Positions 1-64,000 of a stretch of 64,000 nucleotides of DNA are shown in pieces. The notes under the pieces are model-generated. The model was given only the letters and a program-made list of their open reading frames with translations. It searched no databases and had not been told where the DNA came from. This DNA comes from the human T2T-CHM13v2.0 reference genome, Homo sapiens, in the NCBI RefSeq assembly GCF_009914755.1, contig NC_060941.1. One strand, written 5' to 3'. A program made the position numbers and the translations under genes. The first letter of the stretch is position 1. Every line of letters begins with the position of its first letter.

Positions 1-1594
1 CAGCTAGCTGATTGCAGGGGGAAGGACAAGGTGGGGGTGGGGAGGCTGCTTGGAAAACTGCAAACAGATGTGGTCATCATAGCCACCCTCGTGGGGCCCA
101 CCAGCGCCGCCTCCTTCTGCCCCTCCCTCACGGGCCTCCTTCCAATAAATGATGTTGGGGCTACTTCTGAGGTAGCTTCCCTGACCTCCCGCCCTTCCCA
201 TCCACATGTATCTTCTAGAACCTTCCCAGATCTTCCCTGTGACTGGCCAAATCCCTTTACCGAAAATGCTACGGAAGTAAACAACACCAAGTTTGCCAAC
301 GCTGTTTCTATGTCGTCTTAGGAGCCTCCAACTGGAGCAATAATTTTCTCCGTGGAAGAGTCTGCGGAACAGAAGCAGCCCAGGTCTTGGGTCAGAGAAT
401 GGTCCTTGCTGTGCCGGGTCCTGTGTAGGAGTGTGGGCCGGTCCCATCACCCAGAAAGCAGAGCCCTCTTCAAGCCTGGATTGGGAGAGTCCCCAGGCAA
501 TAGGGATGTCCCTGGAGACCCTAGCTGTTACCTCCCATAGTTACTTAGCATCTCTGTATCTCCTGCTCCTGCCTTTGTAAGGTTAAGTGATTTAACTTAT
601 GCAAAGTGCTGTGCAAAGCCTTTAACACTTGCATGCATCTTTGATGAAGTTCCGTTTCCTTCATCTAGCCACATACTGTTGGGTTCTAGTAGAGTTTGGC
701 CAATGTAGAGAGACTCGCCTTGCCCTTTGCGCTCCCAGAGTAGCGCGAGGGTGAAGTGAGCCCAGGCAGCAGGATAGAAGCCTGCCCTGCTTCCCCACGT
801 ACCAGGTACTGTGCCAGGCCAAGAAAACAGCATGTCCTTCCTTCTCCCTCTGCGCCCCACCTCCAATGCACCAGTGCTCCCCAGAGCCCCTGCCTGTACC
901 CAGAGCCAGACACAGATGACAGGGGAGAGGCCCTGGAGTTCCGGTCCCGGCATCTGTGATTAATATTTTGCAGGTTGATGGCCGGTGAGCATTTTTCCTG
1001 ACCCCGGGGAACGACTTGTTTGGCTCTTAGTGAGGGGTGGAAACAATTTTAAAAGTCGGGGGAGGGGGAGGTTGGGAAGAAACAGGAAAACAAGTATCCC
1101 ATAGTTGCCAATTGAACCCAGGGTTGGCTGATGCTTTTCTGCAGAAATCTAAGACGGCTGGGGGAGGGAGCAGGGAGGAAGAGGAGGGGAGTGGAGGGGA
1201 GGCCCAAGGTCCCAGAGGGGCCGTCCTGGGGTCCCGCTGGAGTCCGGGAGTTTACTGAACCTAAACTCCCAAAGAGAAAAGATGCACATTGGAGATCCCA
1301 GGAGAGCTGCTCATTCATTCTCTAGGGCTGCTGTAATCAATGACCACAAACTGGGCGGCTTAAGCCAACAGAAATGTCCTCTCTCACAGTTATGAGGCTA
1401 GAAGTCCAAAATCAAGTTATCAGTAGGGCTGTGCTCCCTCTGAAGGCTTAGGGGAGAATTCTTGCTTGGCTCTTCCCGTTTCTGAGGGTTCCAGGCAGTC
1501 CCTGGCATTTCTTAGCTTGTTGCTTCATCACTCCAAGCGCTGCCTGTGTCCTCACATGGCTTTCTCCTCTGTGTGTGTGTCTGTGTCGTCTCTC

Positions 1595-3185
<1,591 letters not shown>

Positions 3186-3439
3186 CTCTCTTCTTTCTCA
3201 TAAGGACACAAATCATTGGATTTAGGGCCAGTCTAATCCAATATGATCTCATCTTAACTAATTACATCTGCAGAGAACCTGCTTCCAAATAAGGTCACAT
3301 TCTGAGGTTCCTGGTGGATGTGATTTTTGGGGGGACAACATTTAGCCTACTGCACTGCCCTTGACAATCTTATCTGGGAGTCACACCAGAACCCCACAGG
3401 GGTTCTAGCAAGTGTGGACTTGACACAAACTACTTTAGA

Positions 3440-5003
<1,564 letters not shown>

Positions 5004-6333
5004 CCCCCGTCAAAGACTTCTTACCTTCTACAACACACTAGAAAATCCCACCCTTTGTGGTAGAAGCGCTCAGCAAACCTCTTTGGATCCAATTTCACTC
5101 ACTCTTTATGGGCGTTAAGAAAAGAGTATATGAGACGTGCATATGATGGGCCCTGGGTAAAAGAGGGTAAGGGGTCATGGGGACAGCAGCACCGGAAGGC
5201 ACAGGGAAGCACTGCCGTGGGCCTGCTGGTCCCATTGGCCCCTCCTATCCCCCGACCTTGCTGTGCGCCCCACTGGGAGGCTGCCCCGTGTGGATGGCAT
5301 CTCAGTGTCTTCCAAATTCTCATTTGGTTTGGACCATAAGAAACCCAGGCAGTTGGGAGGCTGAGGCGGGAGGATTGCTTGAGCCCAGGACCAGCCTGGG
5401 CAACATGGTGAGTTCCCTTATGTACCAAAAAAAAAAAAAAAAAAAAATTAGCTGGGTATGGTGATGCATGCCTATAGTCCTAGCTATTTGGGAGGCTGAG
5501 GCAGGAGGATGGCTTGAGCTCAGGAGTTCAAGGCTGCAGTGAGCCATGATCATGCCACTGCACTCCAGCCTGGGTGATAAAGCAAGACCCCGTCTCAGGG
5601 AAAAAAAAAAAAAGCCAGACATGGTGGTAGGCACAGTGGCTCACACTTTGGGGAGGCTGAGGCAGGAAGATACCTTGAGCCCAGGAGTTCGAGACCACCC
5701 TGGGCAACATAGCAAGAACTTCCCTCTATTTTAAAAGAAAGTAAAAAAAAAAATAAATTATTAAAATAATAATAAGGAAAGAAAGAAAAAGCCCAGGAGA
5801 ATGGAAGACGGTAGGAGAGCGAGGTTGGGAGCTATGGATCCCCTAGCACCCTCCCTGCCTCTGTTGGGCGTCTCTGTCTCCTGCCAGCCATCTCTGTCTG
5901 CAGGTTCCAGTGACTTCTCCCTGCATTTGCCAGCCAGGCCTGGGGTGGTGATGACCCCAGCTCTCACTACCCCGGGTCCTTACCCACAATCTGGTGAATG
6001 GTCTCTTCCTGAAACTCCTGAAATGGGCCTGTGTTGAGTGCGCCATTGCTTTCCAGCTTGACTGATAGACTCGGAAAGGTCGGTTCAGCTCTCCCTCCCA
6101 AAGTGCTGGGATTACAGGAGTGAGCCACCGCGCCTAGCCAACTTTTTTTGTATTTTTAGTAGAGACAGGTTTTCACCATGTTGGCCAGGCTGGTCTCAAA
6201 CTCCTGACCTCGGGTGATCCACTCACCTCGGCCTCCCAAAGCACTGAGATTACAGGCATAAGCCACTGCGCCCAGCTTCTCCTTGGTTTTCGAAAGCGCC
6301 ATTTCACCACCCATCTTCTTAGCAGATTTACCT

Positions 6334-6338
<5 letters not shown>

Positions 6339-6393
<55 letters not shown>
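6339..6393. repeat. (TG)27 microsatellite
   Basis: Uninterrupted TG run. Confidence 0.97.
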
Positions 6394-6395
<2 letters not shown>

Positions 6396-7107
6396 TCATT
6401 GTTTCATCCCCCCTACTGTATTTGACCGGTTACAGAGCTGTAGATGGCCAAAGTTCACTGGCCACAATTAGGGAGGAGCCAGTCTGGGATTCAAAATCAA
6501 TGAAGAGGAAGATTGGAATTAAGGAACCGAACGCTGGCCAGGTGCGGTGGCTCATGCCTGTAATCCTAGCACTTTGGGAGGCCAAGGTGGGTGGATCCCT
6601 TGAGCCCAGCAGTTCAAGACGAGTCTGGGCAACATGGCGAAAGCTCATCTCTACTAAAAATACACACATACACACAAATTAGCTGGGTGTAGTGGCGTGT
6701 GCCTTTGGTCCCAGCTACTCAGGAGGCTGAGGTGGGAGGATCACTTGAGCCCAGGATGTTGAGGCTGCAGTGAGCTGAGATTGTACCACTGCCTTCCAGC
6801 CTGGGCAACAGAGAGACCCTTGTCTAAAAAAACAAAAAGGAAAAGAAAAAAGGAATTAAGGGACACTGTGAGCCTTCTGGCAGGTCTAGAACAGAAATGC
6901 CTTCTGTGCCTGCCACATTTTGGTGTTCAAAGCGTTTTCCTCCAAGTCCCATTATTTTATTTGATCTTTATAATAACCTGATTGGTGGTAGATCAGGGGC
7001 CACTCACTTCCCCTGAGAAAAGATGCTTTAAGTCTCTCCATTTGCAAGGGACCATTCTAGAATCAGAACCCACTCTTCTGACTCCAGGTCCAGAATGTCT
7101 TCCATGT

Positions 7108-7225
7108 TATTTTCTTTCCTTTCCTTCCTTTCCTTCTCTTCCTTTCCCCCCTCCCCCCTCCCCTCCCCTCCGCTCCCCTCGTCTCCCCTCTCCTCTCCTC
7201 TCCTTCTTTTTTTCTTTTCTTTCTT
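7108..7225. repeat. Polypyrimidine low-complexity tract adjoining an Alu tail
   Basis: Almost pure C/T (ttcc, cctc units). Confidence 0.85.
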
Positions 7226-7227
7226 AG

Positions 7228-7341
<114 letters not shown>

Positions 7342-8171
7342 TAACAGGTGCCCACAACCACGCCCAGCTAATTTTTTGTATTTTAGTAAAGACGAAGTTT
7401 CACCATGTTGCCCGGGTCTCAAACTCCTGGCCTCAGGCAATCCGCCTGCCTCGGCCTCCCAAAGTACTAGGATTACAAGCGTGAGCCCCTGCACCCGGCT
7501 ATGTTATTATCTTTTAACCAAACATCCTCAGAGCAGCGGGCATGGGGTTATGTGTAATGTGGGATTCCAAATGATGTATAAGATCAAAATTATCTGTAGT
7601 CAAAATTACCCTTGAAAATCGGTCATAAAGTACCGTATACACGGTTTGTGCGTGATATGTCCAGAAGCAGTCTCATCTGACCCCCGTTTAGTGAACTAGC
7701 CATACTGATGGATACCCTATATTCCTTTTGCAAAACAAAGAGATGTACACAGTAGCCTGAATGCTGAAGGTAGTAGGCTGCTTTCTATCAGGCCAGCATA
7801 CGTCTGCTCCTACTGAATTGAGTTGTATGTTTACAAGGAGTCAATTATCATTGTTTCTGAACTTGTTTATGCCAGTTGTACTTTTTATAGTAATTACATA
7901 ATTTAATTAAATATGATGTAAGTAGATAAAATAAGAGTAGAAAAGGAGAATAACTATTTTTCTGAAAATTATGTTCAATGTTTTGGAAACAGAAAGTTGC
8001 AATAAATAAATAAATAAATAAAAGAGTGGGTTAGAGGCCGGGCGCAGTGGTGCATGCCTGTAATCCCAGCACTTTGGGAGGCCAAAGTGGGTGGATGGCT
8101 TGAGGTCAGGAGTTTGAGAGCAGCCTGGCCAACATGGTGAAACCCCATCTCTACTAAAAATATAAAAATTA

Positions 8172-8700
<529 letters not shown>

Positions 8701-8829
8701 TTAGTTGTGTTTGGTTAGTTAAGCAGCCTCTGTATGAATGTCTGATGTGCATTATGCAATAATGTACACTGTGCAAAATAAGTGTACTCATTGAGTGGCA
8801 TTACATGTCCTATTAAAATGATTTCCCTA

Positions 8830-9442
<613 letters not shown>

Positions 9443-9715
9443 AGGAGACAGAGAGAGATTTTCCCTCTGTTTCTCTTGAGTCTATTGAGTCCACATGACT
9501 TAAGTAATGTGAGATAAATGTGGTATAATGCAACACCGCTGTACTCATAAATTCAGCAATCTAAGCCCTAACTCTAACCCTGGGTAGATTAACTGGGTTA
9601 GATCCACCAAACAACATAGCATTTCTCATGGCATTAAGATCACTGGGAAGTGGGGTGCTAGCTCTGTAGAAATTAAAATAAAAATGGACAAGGAGCTTGC
9701 CTTAAAATATCAGAG

Positions 9716-9930
9716 AGGCAGCATTATGTTTTGAGAGCCAGAAGGCTTTAGTACAAATCCTGGCTCCACCACTCCCCGAGGGCAAGCCACTTAAAGTCTC
9801 CCTGTCCCAGGTTTCCTCCTTGGGACTGTCGCAAAGATTCCATGAGTTAATAAACGTAAAGTGATTAGAACTGTGCCTGGCACAGAGTGAATGCCATAGA
9901 CATATTAGCTATTGCTATTATTATTATTCA
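9716..9930 (+). mobile_element. MIR
   Basis: caaatcctggctccaccact..gggcaagccacttaa..gtaaagtgattagaactgtgcctggcacaga. Confidence 0.7.
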
Positions 9931-10190
9931 CTATAATTTGCACATTGCATCAAGTAGGTTCTTATTCTAAAAGTTTAAAATAAATAAAATAGTGCATTTC
10001 ACTGGAAGGCACTCACTTATGCATTAAGAGAGCAGATAAGTCAGACCCTTGACTCTTCTCTGCAAAAGCACAGCATGGCTAAAAATTGCTGTCTGGGGAA
10101 TGAACTGCTTGGGTATGATACTGGGACAGGTGACCCCATTCATGTAACAGGAAGGAAAAGAATGTTGCTTCAAATCTCCAAAAAAAAAAG

Positions 10191-10196
10191 TTTATT
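10191..10196 (-). terminator. Polyadenylation signal AATAAA
   Basis: tttatt on the + strand; followed on the mRNA strand by a U-run and a U/GU-rich downstream element. Confidence 0.8.
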
Positions 10197-12835
10197 TATA
10201 AAATACTGACAGTTTGACAGGACACGGGACTTCTTGTGGTATATATTTCAAATCAATTTCTTTCTTACCTTTCATTTAAAAAATAAACCTGCTAACACGC
10301 TATATGACATAGAGATATATATTTTTTTCTTACAGACAGACACCTGCCATAATGAATACTCTCCCCATAATTTTTTGTTATATCTTTTAAATCAAAAAAT
10401 AAAGATTTGTGTTGATTTTTGTTTCTGGAGTCTAGATGGATGGAGAAAGGTAACACGTTTAAATGCTTTTGGTTATTCTGATGGAAACAAAGAGAAGGGG
10501 GGTGGTCCCGAGGGGGCACCTGTGCTCAGGTGGTGGTCAGGATTGCCATGTGCGCATGCCCATGGGTGTCCCTGGATAGGGCCATACAGAGGCACTGGGG
10601 AGCGGGTGGCGGCTGCTCAGATGGTCTCCCCTTTACCTTCCTGCCCACCAGCCCCTCACCCAGGGTAGGCACCTTCAGATGTGCACTCTGGGAAGCTGAG
10701 GGAAGCCCCTGCCCAGCCAGAGTGGCACTGTGGTGAGGCTCTGGCACCTTTAGAAGCACTGCCCAGGGAGGCGTGGGCAGCAACAGAAGGCCTTGAGGCA
10801 GCGTGCACCAGGTGGGGGCAGCCCCCGCTGTGTCCTTGTTTCCTCTAAATCACGGCAGTGCCAGGTTTGGGGGTAGGAGTTTTGGGGGCCGGGGGGTGAG
10901 GGATGGACAGAAGGGGAGGCAGCCTGGGTTTGCAAACTCTCTGGAGCCCTAGGAGGATGGTGGTTCTGGAGCCCAGAGCATCTTTTTGGTTTGTCTTGGC
11001 AGTGTGGGTGTGGAGCTGACGTCAACTCTGGAGGCGCAGCCAGGAAGGGGAAAGCCCTGGTGTGCCCAGCATGGGCTCCTGGGTGCAACACTGGGAGATT
11101 GCTTAGGGCACAGGGAGGCAATGCCAAAGGTGCCAGGTGTGTCCTGGTGTGAACCTGCTTTGGGTGGAGTCCCACAGGCAGGGGCCCTGGCATCACTGGC
11201 ATGGAAAATCACAGGCCAGAAAGGGTCCCACTCTTTCTACAAAGGGCAGGGCCCACCACCCCTTTCTAATGTGGCCAGGTGTCTGGGAGGACGGTTGGGA
11301 GCCTCGGCTGTGCCAGTAGATATGTAAACAAGGGCAAAGAGACGTGTCCTGAAAAAATCTAGAGTTCCACAGCTGCAGGCCTGGGCTTCCAGCTGTGGCT
11401 GGGGCTGTGGAGACAATATTCCAGATGAGTGGGTATTGACTAAGTGTGGGACTTTCACCATGGGCCCAGCCTGATCTCATGGGCTTGTCTAAATTTGCGT
11501 GGTGTCCTCACCCTCTCAGACAATAGATCCCAGCCACGCCCCAAGTGCAAGCAACCCAGGCCACCTGTGCCTCACAGGGGAGAGATGGCTTCAGCCATCA
11601 GAGGGAGTTCAGGAGTCTCTTTGCTAACACACATACAGATGTGTGTTCTGTGCATATTTGTGTGTGCATGTGTGTAAGCACAGGCGTGCATGGGCACCAT
11701 CCCGCATGTACACGTAGGTGTCAGCATGGGTGCGAATGAGCGTGTGGGGAGTGGGGGGGTGGAATATCTTAGTGCACCAGGTGATTCATTAAAGGCAAAG
11801 GAAAATTGACCTCATGTGCAATATATACACAGACACAATGTTTTTACTCACTCCTGCTTCCTCCCAAATAATCCGTCACTGGGCTGGGCTTAAATAATTC
11901 CCTAATGCAAACTGGGAACTTCCTTAAATGGTTAAATGCTCAGCAGAGAGGGAAAGGGATGAAGTTATTTAAAAAAAAAAAAAAAAAAAAGATGAGAGGA
12001 AAGAAAAGAAAGCTGTGCGGCACGATCACAGGCCGGCAGCTGCAGATGTGCTGCCATGGAGATGCCAGATGCTGCAGAGGGTGGGGGCGGAGGTGGCAGG
12101 GGTGGAGCAGGTGTCCAGCTGACTCCACTGCAGCCCCCAGACAAGTCCAAGGAGGCCCCGAGAGCACCTTACTTCCTGGAGGGGCAGAACCTCAGCCCTT
12201 GGTTCTCCTTTGGGGAAGATTGTGCTTCCCTTCCCAGGCCTCCTTATTGGAGAAACCGCTTTTTGGACACTGGAGCTGGGCTGGCCTGTCTGCTGAGCCA
12301 TCTTCCAGCATCTCCCCGTTCACATTTCCCAGGGGTCAAGTGCTTCAGGAAAAACTCATGGCTGGGTGTGCCCGTTCTTTGGGCCCCAGACCCTGACTTC
12401 CCTTCCCGGTCACCATTAGCACAGTGACTGACTTGGGGCTGTAGGAGAGTGGTCCAGGCTCTCTCTTACCTTGGCATGTTTCCCAAATCTCCTACTTGGG
12501 CTTCCTTGAACTCTGCTCACCCACCCCAACAGAGCATCATCTCTTGGGCAGGGCCAGCAGCGCCTGTACACAGTGCACAGAGGGAGCCCTGCTCCACGAA
12601 GGGGCTCACGCTGAATCAGACAGGCCCCTGTGGGCCATCTGCCACCCATCTCAGCGGTGGGGCAGGTGTTGGGCTGGCCTTACAGGGCTGGCTGAGGGCA
12701 CAGAGGGCCTTGGACAATGTATGGAGTTAGATAGAAAGGCTTCTCCCTAAACCCTGGCATCCGTAAGTACCAAGTGGACGGGAAGATCCTGGCCACTGGA
12801 TGTGGCTTTTTGCAGAACACTCCTTGGAGCAGATT

Positions 12836-12841
12836 GTGTAT

Positions 12842-12877
<36 letters not shown>
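12836..12877. repeat. (TG)n microsatellite in the 3' UTR, (CA)n on the mRNA; a second run lies at 13299-13322
   Basis: Direct inspection. Confidence 0.92.
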
Positions 12878-12881
<4 letters not shown>

Positions 12882-14383
12882 GCATTCCCTCCCATCAGCT
12901 ATTCTTGTCACTTGGTCCCATCTGACCTGCCCCTGCTGGGCGTGCAATTCAAATGCTGGGTCCACTTTGGACTGAGCTTCCTGACCTGCCCCTTCCCCTC
13001 CCCGCCCTGGCCAGGCGGAGCCCAGCCTGGAAGCTGTTACTGGGGGTTAGGGTGTCTTTGCCTTTTTGCCTGTAAACTGGGTGCTAGGCTGACTGAGCAA
13101 ACTCTGGGTATTCCAGCCTCTGGACCAGGGACTTGGGCCACCCCTCTGGGCTCCTGTGCCTCTGTGCTTAGGAGGCTGCCGGGTGGCAGCGAGAGGGACA
13201 CAGATCTGAAAGTGAGTGTGCTGTCTGGCTAGGAGGGCCCAGATGAGTTTGTTCTGGAGAGGATCCCTAGACCCTGTTCCTTGTAAGTGCATGGGAGATG
13301 TGTGTGTGTGTGTGTGTGTGTGGTGAGGATCTATCCAGTGGAGAGTGACGTGTCTGCCCAGAGGGAGATCCCTCAGCTGTGCCCCACTCCCCAGCCTTGG
13401 GAAGCTGACTACCCCTTTAAAGAGAGGACGGATGGAACCTGGATTGGAAGAAAGAGAACAGTCAAAGTGTCATTCTTATCTTGCCCACAATGCGTTAAAC
13501 CTAATCATCCCACAGTGCCAAGGCCAGTCGCCTTATTTACACCTCTGCTCCCCAGACTTCACCTTTCCTTGTCCATGCTCAGGAAAGTCAATTCCAGCAC
13601 AGGGAGGCAGGGGTCAGTTGTGGGGGGTTTCTCCCCTACCCTTGGGCTCTCTTCCTTGGATTCAATATTTTAAAAAATATGCAGGAACAAGGAAGGCGCT
13701 AAGCAAATTCTCACCCTTTAGTTTTTTGTTTTTTGTTTTTCTTCCTTTTTCTAAATAAACCAAATGCTTGGTGGAGAAGTTGAGCAGGGGAGATGGGCAG
13801 TAGAGGTTGCCAAGACAGGGCAGGGGGTCTGGATGAGGCTGTCCGATGCCTGCCAGCCACAGTGATGGTGCATGGAGGGAAGGAGGAGCAGAGAGAGAAG
13901 ATAGGCGTGGCTTCCGGGATGCCCATTCTTTTTGCAGAGAGCAGCGGCAGTGGGTCCAGGGGTCCTGGAGGGGCTGGAAGGGGGCAGCTGGCTGGACATC
14001 CAGAAGCTTTTTCTTCCCTCGGCCACGCCTGCCTGGCGGCCTCCAGTCCTTAGCCTCCGCTCCCTCTCTCTCTCCAGATGCCCGCCCCACTCCGTGTCCA
14101 TAGCAGTGACACAGCCACTTCCCCAGCTCCATGTAATTCCCAAGGGAGCAGTGAACCCCACCATCTCAAAGCTGAAGAGCTGCTGGCCACACACATCCTC
14201 TCACGGTTTTCTCCCTCCTTCTGAACGCCGGCTTTGCTGGCCCTGGAATCTCTGGAAAAATAAACTCAGGAGGTGAAAAGTTGACTTGGTTTCTTGGTGT
14301 TTTTGTTTTCTGGCAGGCAGTGAGAGGAGGGGTGAAGGAGGAGTTTGGTGCCATTTCTCTTTCTGCTTTTTCCTCTTCTGATG

Positions 14384-63855
<49,472 letters not shown>

Positions 63856-64000
63856 CTGGGAGGTGGCAGAGGGGGAGGAGCAGGTGAGTGGGCCAGGCCA
63901 TGGTGGAGGGGGCTGGACTTTCTCGAGGGAGGAAAGGAGGTGATCTGGGCTCAGGCCTGGCATCCCCTTCCCATCCCAATTCCATGCACGCAGGATCCTT

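Larger units (their letters stand above)
10170..14383 (-). other. SDK2: SDK2 3' UTR (~4.2 kb; cleavage site approximate)
   Basis: Alu-free stretch from the stop codon to the first minus-strand AATAAA I found, with a U-rich distal end. Confidence 0.8.

Noticed and set aside
4-1325. Overlapping ORFs at the window start as a possible neighbouring gene
   Set aside because: No recognisable protein, splice chain or CpG-island promoter
9561-9581. Interstitial telomeric repeat
   Set aside because: Only about three degenerate units

Overview
Primate (very likely human) genomic DNA containing the 3' part of SDK2 (sidekick cell adhesion molecule 2) on the minus strand. I could splice 16 coding exons between 63855 and 14384. 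All have GT-AG boundaries with matching phases, totalling 2327 coding nt (~775 aa). They encode five fibronectin type III domains, the transmembrane helix and the cytoplasmic tail ending in the PDZ-binding motif GFSSFV. An Alu-free 3' UTR of ~4.2 kb follows, ending at an AATAAA at 10191-10196. Bases 1 to ~10170 are downstream intergenic DNA. The rest is dense in Alu (including a young AluYa5), with L1, L2, MIR, MLT1, MER58B and MER81 relics and microsatellites. I found no prokaryote-type or wholly new system. The best leads are: a 57-nt frame-preserving exon that looks like a regulated cassette swapping an FN3 beta-strand (RBFOX site at +12, ACUAAC distant branch point); a near-perfect extended CTCF site; candidate homeodomain- and bHLH-rich intronic enhancers; a CPE abutting the poly(A) hexamer with Pumilio sites; and a 60-codon open frame behind a UGA-C stop. 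Exon coordinates were read base by base. Repeat boundaries and subfamilies are approximate and recognised by eye.
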